NCBI GenBank assembly: GCA_963748625.1
Contig: CAVVJT010000008.1
Location: forward strand, 32,001 to 96,000
From: an uncultured Chloroflexia bacterium
Lineage (GTDB): Bacteria; Chloroflexota; Limnocylindria; Limnocylindrales; CSP1-4
Length of the DNA stretch: 64,000 bases
Reading direction: 5' to 3'
Below are positions 17,841 through 27,874 of the stretch, one piece after another. Made by a program: the position numbers and the translations under genes. How positions within the stretch are numbered: the stretch's first letter is position 1; each line of letters opens with the position of its first letter. The notes under the pieces were generated by a model that worked only from the letters and a program-made list of their open reading frames with translations, was not told where the DNA came from and made no database searches.

Positions 17841-20348
17841 ATGGCTGACTTCCCGACCAGCGCCAAGGTCGTGATCATCGGCGCCGGCATCGTCGGCAAC
17901 AGCATCGCCTACCACCTCGCGCGCCTCGGCTGGAAGGACATCGTCCTGGTGGACAAGGGCCCGCTCCCCAACCCGGGCGGCTCCACCGGCCACGCATCGA
18001 ACTTCCTGTACCTCGCCGACCACAACAAGGAGATGGCGGAGCTGACGCTCGAGAGCGCCCGCCAGTACAAGGACTGGGGCGTCTACACGACGTGCGGCGG
18101 CCTTGAGGTTGCGCGCACGCAGACCCGCCTCGAGGAGATCCGCCGCAAGGTGGACTCGGCCAAGAACTGGGGCATCGACGCGTACCTCGTGAGCCCGGCC
18201 GAGATCAAGAAGCTCGTCCCGTTCATCAACGAGGAGATCCTGGTCGGCGGGTTCTACACGCCCGAGACCGGCGTCTGCGACTCGCTCCAGTTCGGCACCC
18301 TCTGCCGTGAGAAGGCCGAGGAGATGGGTGCGCTCACGAGCTTCGCGAACACCGAAGTCACCGCGATGGGCGTGGTGGACGGCCAGATCCGGAGCGTGAC
18401 CACGACGCGCGGCACCATCGAGGCCGAGTACGTGATCATCGCGGTGGGCGTCTGGGCTCCGCTCCTGGCCGAGATGGCCGGCGCGTACATCCCCCTCATC
18501 CCCGTGGTCCACCAGATGGCCGACTACGGCCCCGTGCCGCTCTTCGAGCAGTCCACCAAGGCGATCGAGTACCCGATCGTGCGCGACATGGACGTGCTCA
18601 TGTACGAGCGCCAGGACGGCATCGGCTTCGAGGTGGGCTCCTACGCCCACCGCTCCATCCTCCACGACCCGGAGACGATTCCGTCGAACGAGCAGGCGGC
18701 GCTCTCCCCGACCGAGTTCCCGTTCACCCAGGATGACTTCGACCCGCAGCTCGAGGATGCCCTCGAGCTGTTCCCCGAGATCCTGGGCGACGAGAAGGTC
18801 GGCCAGAAGTACGCCATCAACGGCCTGATCTCCCTCACGCCCGACGGCATGCCGATCCTGGGCGAGACCCCCGAGGTCAAGAACCTCTGGTCCGCCTGCG
18901 CGGTCTGGGTCAAGGAAGGCCCGGCGGTCGGCAAGGCCATCGCCGAGTGGATGACCCACGGCCAGCCGGAGATCGACTGCAACCAGAGCGACATCAGCCG
19001 CTTCCACGCCCACCAGAAGACGCGCCAGCACACCAAGGCGCGCTCCTTCGAGGCGTTCCCGAAGACCTACGGCATCGTCCACCCGGCCGAGCAGTACCAG
19101 TCCGACCGCGGCATCCGCAAGACCCCGATGTACGAGTGGCAGAAGGCCCACGACGCGGAGTTCTTCGAGGTCGTCGGCTGGGAGCGGGCCCAGTGGTACA
19201 AGTGCAACGCGCCCCTCGTTGAGAAGTACGGCGTCCTGGACCGCCCCAACGAGTGGGACGCCCGCTGGTGGAGCCCGATCATCAACGCCGAGCACCTCGC
19301 CATGCGCGAGTCGGCCGGCATCTTCGACCTCTCCGCCTTCGCCATCTTCGACATCCAGGGCCCGGGTGCCCTGGACTCGGTCCAGAAGGTCTGCGTCCGC
19401 CAGATGGACGTCGCGGTCGGCCGCGTGGTCTACACCCCGGTCCTCTCCGTCACGGGCGGCTTCAAGTCCGACCTCACCGTGATGCGCCTCGCCAGGAACC
19501 ACTTCCGCGTGGTCACCGGCGGCGCCCACGGCATGGCCGACCTGAAGTGGTTCGGGGACAACCTGGCCGAGAACGCCACGATCATCGACCTGACCACCGC
19601 CTACACGACGATCGGCCTGTGGGGTCCCAACGCCCGCAAGATCGCGCAGAAGCTGACCCGCGCCGACCTGTCCAAGGAGGCGTTCAAGTTCAGCACCTGC
19701 AAGACCATCGAGATGGGCAGCCAGCTCGTCCTGGCGTCGCGCATCAGCTACGTCGGCGACCTGGGCTGGGAGCTCTACGTCCCGATGGAGCAGGGCCAAC
19801 GCCTGTGGGACGAGATCTGGGAGGCCGGACAGGAGTTCGGCATCACCCCTTGCGGCATGGGTGTCTACGGCACCACCGGCCGCCTCGAGAAGGGCTACCG
19901 CGCGTACGGCGCCGAGCTCGACAACGACTACGACATGTTCGAAGCGGACATGACGACGCCCAGGCTCAAGGTCCAGGACTTCATCGGCCGCGCGGCCGTC
20001 GAGGCGGCCATGGGCAAGGAGCGCGCGGCAGTCTGCTGCACGCTGACCGTCGACGACCACACCAGCCCGCGGACGGGCGAGCGCCGGGTCATGCTCGGCC
20101 GCCAGCCGATCGTCCTCGAGGACGGCTCACCGATCGTGGACAGCAAGGGACGCCGGTCCTACGCCAACTCCGCCGGTGCCGGCCCCTCGCTGGGCAAGCA
20201 CCTGCTCATGGCGTACCTGCCGCCGGCCCAGGCCGTCGAGGGCACGAAGCTCTTCGTCCAGTACTTCGGCGACCTCTACCCGGTCACGGTGGCGCGCGTG
20301 GGTTCCGTCCCGCTGTTCGACCCCGAGAACGATCGCATCCGGGCCTGA
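17841..20348 (+). CDS. FAD-dependent oxidoreductase with GcvT folate-binding domain (dimethylglycine/sarcosine dehydrogenase family) #1
   Basis: IIGAGIVG, GGSTGHAS, TPDGMPILG, GWERAQW, RISYVGDLGWELY, RLEKGYR, FDPENDRIRA. Confidence 0.93.
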   Translation: MADFPTSAKVVIIGAGIVGNSIAYHLARLGWKDIVLVDKGPLPNPGGSTGHASNFLYLADHNKEMAELTLESARQYKDWGVYTTCGGLEVARTQTRLEEIRRKVDSAKNWGIDAYLVSPAEIKKLVPFINEEILVGGFYTPETGVCDSLQFGTLCREKAEEMGALTSFANTEVTAMGVVDGQIRSVTTTRGTIEAEYVIIAVGVWAPLLAEMAGAYIPLIPVVHQMADYGPVPLFEQSTKAIEYPIVRDMDVLMYERQDGIGFEVGSYAHRSILHDPETIPSNEQAALSPTEFPFTQDDFDPQLEDALELFPEILGDEKVGQKYAINGLISLTPDGMPILGETPEVKNLWSACAVWVKEGPAVGKAIAEWMTHGQPEIDCNQSDISRFHAHQKTRQHTKARSFEAFPKTYGIVHPAEQYQSDRGIRKTPMYEWQKAHDAEFFEVVGWERAQWYKCNAPLVEKYGVLDRPNEWDARWWSPIINAEHLAMRESAGIFDLSAFAIFDIQGPGALDSVQKVCVRQMDVAVGRVVYTPVLSVTGGFKSDLTVMRLARNHFRVVTGGAHGMADLKWFGDNLAENATIIDLTTAYTTIGLWGPNARKIAQKLTRADLSKEAFKFSTCKTIEMGSQLVLASRISYVGDLGWELYVPMEQGQRLWDEIWEAGQEFGITPCGMGVYGTTGRLEKGYRAYGAELDNDYDMFEADMTTPRLKVQDFIGRAAVEAAMGKERAAVCCTLTVDDHTSPRTGERRVMLGRQPIVLEDGSPIVDSKGRRSYANSAGAGPSLGKHLLMAYLPPAQAVEGTKLFVQYFGDLYPVTVARVGSVPLFDPENDRIRA

Positions 20349-20352
20349 TCGG

Positions 20353-21117
20353 ATGAAGGTTCTCGTCTGCATCAAGCGCGTCCCGGCCGTCGCCGGACGC
20401 ATCACGCTGACCGACGATGAGCGTGCGATCGACGTCAAGTACCTGGGCTACGCCATCGGCCCGCACGAGGAGTGCGCGGTCGAGGAGGCGGTGCGCCTGG
20501 TCGAGGCGAATGGCGGGGAGTCGGTGGTCTTCACCCTCGGCCCCGCCGAGGCCCTCGAGCAGCTCCGCGACGCCATGGCGATCGGGATCGGCCGGGCCAT
20601 CCACGTCGTCACCGACGGCGAGGAGTGGGACCCGCAGGCCACCGCCGGCGCGATCGTGGATGCGATACGCGCCGACGAGGCCGCGAGCGGCCCGTTCGAC
20701 CTCGTGCTCATGGGCAACGAGGCTGGCGACACCGGTGACTACCAGGTCGCGGTGCGTGTCGGCTACGCGCTGGGCCGGCCGGTCGTGACCGGCATCAAGG
20801 CCCTTGCGGCCAACGGTGGCAGCGTCCGCCTGGAGCAGGAGTCGGCGGGTGCGCGCGACGTCTACGAGGTGCCGATGCCGGCGGTCGTGGGTGTCCTCGA
20901 AGGCCTGAACCTGCCGCGGTACCCCTCGGTGCCCGGCCGGATCCGCGCCAAGAGCAAGCCGGTCGCCGGCTCCGAGCCCGCACGGCCCGGCGCGCGCCTG
21001 GAGATGGTCAAGCTCGTGGTCCCGCCGCAGACGTCCTCGCAGGCCGAGGTCCTGGGCAGCGGTCCCGAGGCCGCCCCCGCCGTCGTCGAGCTGTTGGCCA
21101 GCCTGGGGGTGCTCTAG
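20353..21117 (+). CDS. etfB: Electron transfer flavoprotein beta subunit
   Basis: MKVLVCIKRVP, ECAVEEAVRL, GNEAGDTG, NLPRYPS. Confidence 0.9.
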   Translation: MKVLVCIKRVPAVAGRITLTDDERAIDVKYLGYAIGPHEECAVEEAVRLVEANGGESVVFTLGPAEALEQLRDAMAIGIGRAIHVVTDGEEWDPQATAGAIVDAIRADEAASGPFDLVLMGNEAGDTGDYQVAVRVGYALGRPVVTGIKALAANGGSVRLEQESAGARDVYEVPMPAVVGVLEGLNLPRYPSVPGRIRAKSKPVAGSEPARPGARLEMVKLVVPPQTSSQAEVLGSGPEAAPAVVELLASLGVL

Positions 21118-22080
21118 ATGGCCGCCGTCCTCGTCTACGTCTCCACCACCGACGGCGCGCCCGACGAGGTCGCGCTGCAGGCCCTGGCCCTCGGCGCGCA
21201 GGTCGCCGCCGGCGGCCCTGTCAACGCGGTGGTCATCGGTGATGCCGCCGCAGCGGCGACGCTGGGCGCCTGGGGCGCAACCGCCGTCCACGTCGCAGAG
21301 CAGGCGGGTCTTGCCGTCATGGCGCCCGACGCTCGAGCCCGCGTCATCGCGGACCTCGCCGACCAGCTCGGCGTGGACGCGATCGTGGGTCCCGGCACCG
21401 AGGCCGGCAACACGATCCTGGCCCGTGTGGCCGCCCGCTCTGACCGGCCCTTCGCGGCCAACTGCAGCGCGGCGACGCCGGGCACGCCGCTCGCCGTCCG
21501 GCGCATCCGCTGGGGCGGCTCCCTCTCGGAGGACGCCGTGATCCACGGTGACCGCCCGATCCTGACGTCCGCCCCGCACACGCTGGCGGCCGTCGAAACC
21601 GGCGGCTCCGCTGCCGTGACGACATTTGCACCGGCCCTCGACGATGCGGACCTCGTGGTCCGGGTCGTCGACCGCACGGCGCCAGCCGCGTCCGGTGTCT
21701 CGCTTGCCGAGGCGAAGATCGTGGTGTCGGGTGGCCGTGGCGTCGGCTCCGAGGCGGGCTTCGGCCCGGTCGACGAGCTGGCAGGCCTCCTGGGCGCCGC
21801 CGTCGGCTGCTCCCGTGCCGTGACGATCGCCGGCTGGCGGTCCCACACGGCCCAGGTGGGCCAGACGGGCACCAAGATCGCGCCCGATCTCTACATCGCC
21901 GCCGGCATCAGCGGGGCAACCCAGCACATGGCCGGCTGCAAGGCATCCAAGAAGATCATCGCCATCAACAAGGACCCCGAGGCACCGATCATGGGTGACG
22001 CGGACTACGCCGTCATCGGTGACCTCCATGCCGTGCTCCCGGCCATCTCGGCCGAGATCCGGCGGGTACGCGGGTCCTAG
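21118..22080 (+). CDS. etfA: Electron transfer flavoprotein alpha subunit
   Basis: VVSGGRGVG, QVGQTG, GISGATQH, AINKDPEAPI. Confidence 0.92.
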   Translation: MAAVLVYVSTTDGAPDEVALQALALGAQVAAGGPVNAVVIGDAAAAATLGAWGATAVHVAEQAGLAVMAPDARARVIADLADQLGVDAIVGPGTEAGNTILARVAARSDRPFAANCSAATPGTPLAVRRIRWGGSLSEDAVIHGDRPILTSAPHTLAAVETGGSAAVTTFAPALDDADLVVRVVDRTAPAASGVSLAEAKIVVSGGRGVGSEAGFGPVDELAGLLGAAVGCSRAVTIAGWRSHTAQVGQTGTKIAPDLYIAAGISGATQHMAGCKASKKIIAINKDPEAPIMGDADYAVIGDLHAVLPAISAEIRRVRGS

Positions 22081-22261
22081 CACTTGGCAGCCGTGCGATC
22101 CGCCGAGACCGCCAGCCCGACCGGGAGCGTCCCCCCGGCCGGCGGGTCCCGTCGCACGGCATCGTGGTGAGCACCCTCCCCATGGAGGGCCGAAGCGTAG
22201 CGAGGTACTGCCGACACCATCAGGCGCTCTGTCAAGGTTCTGTTGGAGGAGGAGAACTCAC

Positions 22262-23634
22262 GTGATTTAGACTGGGACGAAGTATCGGATCGCAGGCCTT
22301 CTGGCCGCTGCGGCGCTCGTGGTGAGCGCGTGCGGCGGCTCGGCTGCAACCACGGCCCCGGCAACCGCCGCCCCCGCCACTGAGGCGCCCGCGGCCACGG
22401 AGGCGCCCGCCGCCAGCGATGGCGCGAGCACCGATCCGGCACGGCGTGCTCCGATGTCGCGCCGACCACCATCAAGATCGGGGTCTCCGGCCCGTTCACC
22501 GGCCCCAACGCCCTCACGGGCGAGGAGATCAAGAACTCCACCGCGATGGCCTTCGAGGCCATCGGCTCCAAGATCGGGCCGTACACCATCGAGCCCGTCT
22601 ACATCGACGACCAGTCCGACCCGGCCAAGGGCGCCGCCGCCTACGAGCAGGCGGTCGTGGGCCAGAAGATCGTCGCCGGCCTGGGTGGCTGGCACAGCTC
22701 CGTCGCAGTGGCCCAGATGGAAGTCACCGCGAAGTACAAGGTCCCGCACTTCTTCGCGATGGGCGCCACCGGCGTCGTCAACGAGAAGTTCAACAGCGAC
22801 AAGGAGAAGTACGGCTACTGGACGGTCAAGGGCTGGCCGGATCCCGCGAAGCTGACCATCGGCTACGTCCAGGCCATCGAGGACGCCATCACGGCGGGCA
22901 ACTTCTCCCCGGGCGAGAAGAAGGTCGCCATCTACGGTGAGGACACCGACTGGGGCCGCTCCTTCGGCCAGGGTCTCAAGGACCAGCTCACGGCCGTCGG
23001 CTGGACCGTCGCGAGTGAGGACTACTTCCCGACGACGCAGACCGACTTCTCGGCCATCGTCTCCCGCTACAAGAACGACAACATCCCGCTGATCGCCGGC
23101 ACCACCACGATCCCGGCCTCGATCGCATCCTTCCTCAAGGCTCTCGACGACTCCGGCGTCAAGTCCCTGGTCGTCGCCGACGGCCTCGGCTGGATCGGTG
23201 ACTGGTACAAGCTCAGCGGCTCCGCGTCCAACTACGTCGTGGACCAGATCCCGCAGTTCGCTTCCGACGCCGCGAAGAAGTTCGCCGCCGACTACGAGGC
23301 CAAGTACGGCAGCAAGCCGAGCCCGTCCGCGTCCGGCCTTTCCTACGACTTCGCCAACTACTTCATCAAGGTCGCTCAGCAGGCGCTGGCCGACTCCTGC
23401 GAGATCTCCAGCGCGTCCCTCTACAAGGTGGCCACGGAGCAGCTCTGGACCGGCAAGCTGACGTACACCGACGGCATCATCATGTCGAACTACGATTACT
23501 CGGAGGAGACCATCCCCGATCCGATCGTGGGCAAGGGCCACTACATCTTCCCGGCTCTCCAGTACATGGATGGCAACGCCACCGTGGTCTGGCCGGAGGA
23601 AGTCGCGACCGGCGGCATCCAGCAGAAGCCCTGA
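22262..23634 (+). CDS. LIV/HAAT-type ABC substrate-binding lipoprotein (TAG at codon 3; frameshift near 22440)
   Basis: GGAGGAGG SD then GTG ATT TAG ACT..., giving signal peptide KYRIAGLLAAAALVVSAC; after the shift TIKIGVSGPFTG, DDQSDP, GGWHSSV, EDTDWG. Confidence 0.8.
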
Positions 23635-23665
23635 CCTTCAACCCCAATCCCCTGACACGGGAGCC

Positions 23666-23692
23666 CTGGGGGCCGGCGCAGCCGGCCCCCAG
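23666..23692 (+). other. Intercistronic hairpin after the substrate-binding protein gene
   Basis: ctgggggccggc-gca-gccggcccccag. Confidence 0.6.
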
Positions 23693-23712
23693 GCAATCTG
23701 GCGAAGAGGCGT

Positions 23713-24441
23713 ATGGCGCTCCTTGAGCTCAACGAGGTCACCAAGCGGTTCGGTGGCCTGACCGCCGTCAACAACGTCACCTTCTCCGTCGAGGAGGGTG
23801 AGATCTTCGGCCTGATCGGTCCCAACGGGGCCGGCAAGTCGACGCTGCTCAACTGTCTCGCGGGGGCCACCAAGCCCAACGGCGGCACCGTCCGCCTCGA
23901 CGGCCAAGACACCACGGGCCTCACGGCCGACAAGATGTGCCGGCTTGGCGTGGGCCGGACCTTCCAGATCCCGCGGCCGTTCCCGGACCTCACCGTCCGC
24001 GAGAACGTCGTGGTCTCCGCGACGTTCGGCGACCCCCACATCCGCAACCACGATGTGAACGCCCGGGCCGCGGAGATGCTCGAGTACGTCGACTTCACCC
24101 GGCCGCTTGCCACGATCGCGTCGCACCTGAGCGCACTCGAGCTCAAGCGTCTCGACCTGGCCCGCGCGCTGGCCAGCAAGCCCAAGCTGCTGTTCCTCGA
24201 CGAGTTCGCCGCAGGCCTGACGCCGAGTGAGCTCGTGAACATCGCCGCCCTGCTCCGCCGCATCCGCGACGACGGCACGACGATCGTCATGGTCGAGCAC
24301 GTGATGCGGCTGATCCTCGACCTCTGCGGGCGCCTTGCGGTGCTCCAGTACGGCGAGCTCATCGCCTACGGCGAGGCGACCTCGGTCGCCCAGGACGAGC
24401 GGGTGCGCGAGGCCTACCTCGGCACTCATTACATGCTCTGA
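23713..24441 (+). CDS. LIV-type ABC ATP-binding protein (LivG-like)
   Basis: FGGLTAV, GPNGAGKST, RTFQIPRPF, FLDEFAAGL, VEHVM, EAYLG. Confidence 0.92.
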   Translation: MALLELNEVTKRFGGLTAVNNVTFSVEEGEIFGLIGPNGAGKSTLLNCLAGATKPNGGTVRLDGQDTTGLTADKMCRLGVGRTFQIPRPFPDLTVRENVVVSATFGDPHIRNHDVNARAAEMLEYVDFTRPLATIASHLSALELKRLDLARALASKPKLLFLDEFAAGLTPSELVNIAALLRRIRDDGTTIVMVEHVMRLILDLCGRLAVLQYGELIAYGEATSVAQDERVREAYLGTHYML

Positions 24442-24495
24442 GGGGTATCGGACCGCAATCCCGCCGCGGCGGATCGCAGACATCCGGAGGAAAGG

Positions 24496-25200
24496 GTGCT
24501 CCAACTCACCGGCGTCGAAGCTGGCTACGACCTCTTGCAGGTCCTGTGGGGCGTTGACCTACATGTCGAAGAGGGCGAGTTCGTGGCCCTCCTGGGCCCG
24601 AACGGCGCGGGCAAGTCGACCACGCTCCGCACCATTGCGGGCTTCGTCAAGCCCATCTCAGGCTCCATCGACTTCCGGGGCCAGTCGCTCGTGGGCGTGC
24701 CTGCCCACAAGGTGAGCACGGTCGGCCTCGGGTACGTCTCCGAGAGCCTGAACCTGTTCCCCGCGATGTCGGTCTACGAGAACCTCCTCGTCGGCGGCTA
24801 CACGATCCGCGACAAGGCCAAGATGAAGTCCACCATCGACCTCGTGTTCGAGTTGTTCCCGCGGCTCCTCGAGCGGCGTGACCAGCTCGCGGGCACCCTC
24901 AGCGGCGGCGAACGCAAGATGCTCGCCATCGGACGCGGGCTGATGCCGACACCCTCGATGCTGCTGGTGGACGAGCCGTCCCTGGGCCTCGCGCCCATGG
25001 CCACGCTGACCGCGTTCGAGGCGCTCAAGGCGCTGAGCCAGCGGGGTGTGACGATCCTGCTTGTCGAGCAGAACGTGAACACCACGCTCCGGCTCGTCGA
25101 TCGCGCCTATGTCCTGGAGCAGGGCCGCATCGTCCTTGAGGGGACGGGCGAGGAGCTGCTCGGGAACACCCACGTCCAGGAAGCCTACCTGGGGATCTGA
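24496..25200 (+). CDS. LIV-type ABC ATP-binding protein (LivF-like)
   Basis: GPNGAGKST, LFPRL, LSGGERKMLAIGR, DEPSLGLAP, VEQN. Confidence 0.93.
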   Translation: MLQLTGVEAGYDLLQVLWGVDLHVEEGEFVALLGPNGAGKSTTLRTIAGFVKPISGSIDFRGQSLVGVPAHKVSTVGLGYVSESLNLFPAMSVYENLLVGGYTIRDKAKMKSTIDLVFELFPRLLERRDQLAGTLSGGERKMLAIGRGLMPTPSMLLVDEPSLGLAPMATLTAFEALKALSQRGVTILLVEQNVNTTLRLVDRAYVLEQGRIVLEGTGEELLGNTHVQEAYLGI

Positions 25201-25207
25201 GCGACCG

Positions 25208-26245
25208 ATGACGACCGCAACCAACCTCAAGAAGGTTCCTCTCGCGAAGCGCTTCTTCACGTTCACGTGGTTCGTGATGTTCGCCCTGGTGCTCGTGCTC
25301 CTGCTGGCGGCCGTCCTCAGGCCCTCCATCCTCGTGGACACGCTCGTCACAGGCGGCATGTGGGCCCTCATGGCCGGCGGGCTGGCGCTCGTGTTCGGCG
25401 TGATGAACATCCCGAACTTCGCCCATGGCGAGTTCTTCATGATCGGCTCGCTCGTCGCGTTCACGGTGTTCGGGCCCATCCGGGACGCGTTCCTCGAGAA
25501 CCCCGACCTGCTCGTCCTCCAGATCGTCGGGCCGCTCCCGGGCATGGTCGTGGCTGCCATCGTCGGCTTCGGCTGCGGCGTGCTGCTCGAGGTGCTGCTG
25601 TTCCGGCCCCTGCGCAAGCGCAGCCGTGAGCAGTGGGTGATGAACACCTTCCTGTTGACGGCCGGCGTGTCGGTGATCCTCATCAACGGCGACCGCCTGA
25701 TCTTCGGCAACGAGTTCCGCGGCATCAGCCGCTACTGGGACGTCAAGCCGATCGAGATCCTCGGCGAGCCGGTCTCGGTGGACCGGGCGATGGTGTTCGT
25801 GATCGCCATGGTGATGATCGCGATCTTCGCCCTGTTCCTCCAGAAGACCCGGACCGGCCGCGCGATGCGGGCGGTCTCGCAGGACGAGACGGGTGCCCAG
25901 ATGGCCGGCATCGCCCTCAACCGGATCTTCGTCCTGACGATGGGCCTGAGCACCTCGCTTGCGGCGCTGGCGGGGGCGGCCCTGCTGTTCATGTTCCCGT
26001 CCTTCCCGGACGTGGGCATCCAGCCGTTGTACCTGGCCTGGTACGTGGTGATCCTCGCGGGGCTCGGCAACGTGCAAGGCGCGATCATCGGCTCCTTCAT
26101 CGTCGCCCTGCTCCAGACCCTGGCCGTGACGTTCGTCGGCCTCGGCTGGGTGGACGTGCTGCCGACCGTGTTCATCATCTTCATCCTGCTGTTCAAGCCT
26201 TCGGGGCTCTTCGGCAGCGAAGTGAAAGGCGTTTGGGAGCAGTAG
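25208..26245 (+). CDS. LIV-type ABC permease (LivH-like)
   Basis: GLALVFGVMNIPNFAHGEF, TRTGRAMRAVSQD, ILAGLGN, KPSGLFG. Confidence 0.92.
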   Translation: MTTATNLKKVPLAKRFFTFTWFVMFALVLVLLLAAVLRPSILVDTLVTGGMWALMAGGLALVFGVMNIPNFAHGEFFMIGSLVAFTVFGPIRDAFLENPDLLVLQIVGPLPGMVVAAIVGFGCGVLLEVLLFRPLRKRSREQWVMNTFLLTAGVSVILINGDRLIFGNEFRGISRYWDVKPIEILGEPVSVDRAMVFVIAMVMIAIFALFLQKTRTGRAMRAVSQDETGAQMAGIALNRIFVLTMGLSTSLAALAGAALLFMFPSFPDVGIQPLYLAWYVVILAGLGNVQGAIIGSFIVALLQTLAVTFVGLGWVDVLPTVFIIFILLFKPSGLFGSEVKGVWEQ

Positions 26246-27297
26246 TGGTCACCTTCGACTCCGCCTCCCCGGCGGTCATCAGCCAGGTCCGTGCCCGGAC
26301 GCGCCGCTACACGCAGGTCGCGTCGATCCTGCTGCTGCTCTTCGCGGTGGTCCTCCCGTTCATTCCGCCGTTCAACGGCCAGGACTACCAGCGGTGGCTG
26401 GTTGGCGCGGCGTTCATGGCGGCGATGGCCGTCGCCTTCGACTTCACGGCCGGCTACATCAACATCGTCAACTTCGGCTTCGCCGCGTTCGTGGGCGTCG
26501 GCGCCTACATGTCGGGCCTGATCGCGGCCAACCTCGGCATCCCGCGCCGATCGGCATGGTCATCGGCGGCGTCGCGTCGGGCTTCGTCGGCCTGCTCACC
26601 GGCATGCTCAGTGCTCCGCCTGCGCGGTATCTACGCGGCCGTGATGACCTGGTTCGTGGGCCTTGCGCTGATGGGCCTTGCCCGCAACCTGACCGACATC
26701 ACGCGCGGCTCGCTCGGCCTCAACGTGCCGCTGCTGCTCGATACGCTCGGACAACCTGCCGTACTACTACGTCGATCGCTCGGCCTGCTGCTCATCACGA
26801 TCCTGGTCCTCACCGCGGTCATCCGCTCCAAGTACGGTCTCGCGTTCCGCGCGATCGGCCAGAATCTGCAGGCCGCCAAGGCGTCGGGCATCAACCCCAC
26901 CAGGTTCCTCGTCATCAACTTCACGCTGTCGTGCTTCTTCGCCGGGATCCTGGGCGGGTTCTACGCCCACTACTACGGCATCCTGACCCCCGACATCATG
27001 CTCACCTCGCACACGGTCGAGGTCCTAGCGGTCGCATACATCGGCGGGCGCGGGAGCCTATGGGGACCCGCGATCATCGCGTTCCCCCTCACGATCGCCG
27101 TGGAGCTGATGCGCACCAACCTGTCGAACCTGCCGGGGCTGCACCTGGTGATCTACGGGGTGCTGCTCGTCGTGGTCATGATCTTCTGGCCGGGCGGCGT
27201 CGCGGGCGTGATCCGCAAGGCCGGGGCCCGGATGCAGGAGCGCTGGCTGACCAAGGCATCGACTGCCGAATCCGCCGGGGCCGCCAAGCCCGCCTGA
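26245..27297 (+). CDS. LIV-type ABC permease (LivM-like), with short compensated frameshifts
   Basis: GYINIVNFGFAAFVGVGAY, LRLRGIY, SKYGLAFRAI, IGGRGSLWGP. Stretches ~26541-26610 and ~26749-26777 read as expected TM sequence only in other frames. Confidence 0.85.
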   Translation: MVTFDSASPAVISQVRARTRRYTQVASILLLLFAVVLPFIPPFNGQDYQRWLVGAAFMAAMAVAFDFTAGYINIVNFGFAAFVGVGAYMSGLIAANLGIPRRSAWSSAASRRASSACSPACSVLRLRGIYAAVMTWFVGLALMGLARNLTDITRGSLGLNVPLLLDTLGQPAVLLRRSLGLLLITILVLTAVIRSKYGLAFRAIGQNLQAAKASGINPTRFLVINFTLSCFFAGILGGFYAHYYGILTPDIMLTSHTVEVLAVAYIGGRGSLWGPAIIAFPLTIAVELMRTNLSNLPGLHLVIYGVLLVVVMIFWPGGVAGVIRKAGARMQERWLTKASTAESAGAAKPA

Positions 27298-27310
27298 TCT
27301 CGCTCAAGGA

Positions 27311-27349
27311 CGACGGCCGTCGGCGACCTCAGGGTTCCGGCGGCCGTTC
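27311..27349. terminator. Hairpin between convergent operons
   Basis: gacggccgtcgg...ccggcggccgttc. Confidence 0.5.
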
Positions 27350-27375
27350 CTCATGTCCGGGCCGCGCGGGCCGTC

Positions 27376-27870
27376 TCAGGCGTCGGGCCGGCTCGCCGTC
27401 ATCGACACGATGTGCTCGTCGTCGTGATCGGCCGCCACCCTGAGCAGCGCAGCCACGTCGAGGCGGCCGTACCGCACGTGCATCCCGGTCCGAGCCCAGC
27501 CAGCCTCGTCGTAGGTGCTGGTCCGGGCAAGGGTGGCGGCGCGCTCGAGCGCGAACAGGGCAAGCGCCCCTTCGAGCGTCGCGGCAGACGGATCGTCCGT
27601 CGGCCCGGGCTCAGTCCAGCCCCAGTCGGGTTCCACGCCGGGCGCTGATCCAGCCAGCTGGTCGAGCCGCGCCCGCCAGATGCCACGCTCGACTGCGACC
27701 AGGTGGGCGACGTTCTCCCGCGCCGTCCACTCGCGGGCGGGCGGCCCGCCGGCGAGGGCATCGTCGTCAGCCACGACGTGCGCCACCCGCGCCAGCCGGG
27801 CCGGGAACTCGGTGAGGCGGGCCAGCACCGCATCCCGTTCCGACGCCGTCATCGGCCTGGACAGCGTCAT
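27376..27870 (-). CDS. DinB family protein
   Basis: EWTARENVAHL...DHDDEH His triad. Confidence 0.8.
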   Translation of the reverse strand: MTLSRPMTASERDAVLARLTEFPARLARVAHVVADDDALAGGPPAREWTARENVAHLVAVERGIWRARLDQLAGSAPGVEPDWGWTEPGPTDDPSAATLEGALALFALERAATLARTSTYDEAGWARTGMHVRYGRLDVAALLRVAADHDDEHIVSMTASRPDA

Positions 27871-27874
27871 CGGT

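Noticed and set aside
17658-20060. Long antisense and alternate-frame ORFs (e.g. 800 aa here, 849 aa at 41531-44080)
   Set aside because: These are shadows of real genes, expected in high-GC DNA, and carry no recognisable motifs.
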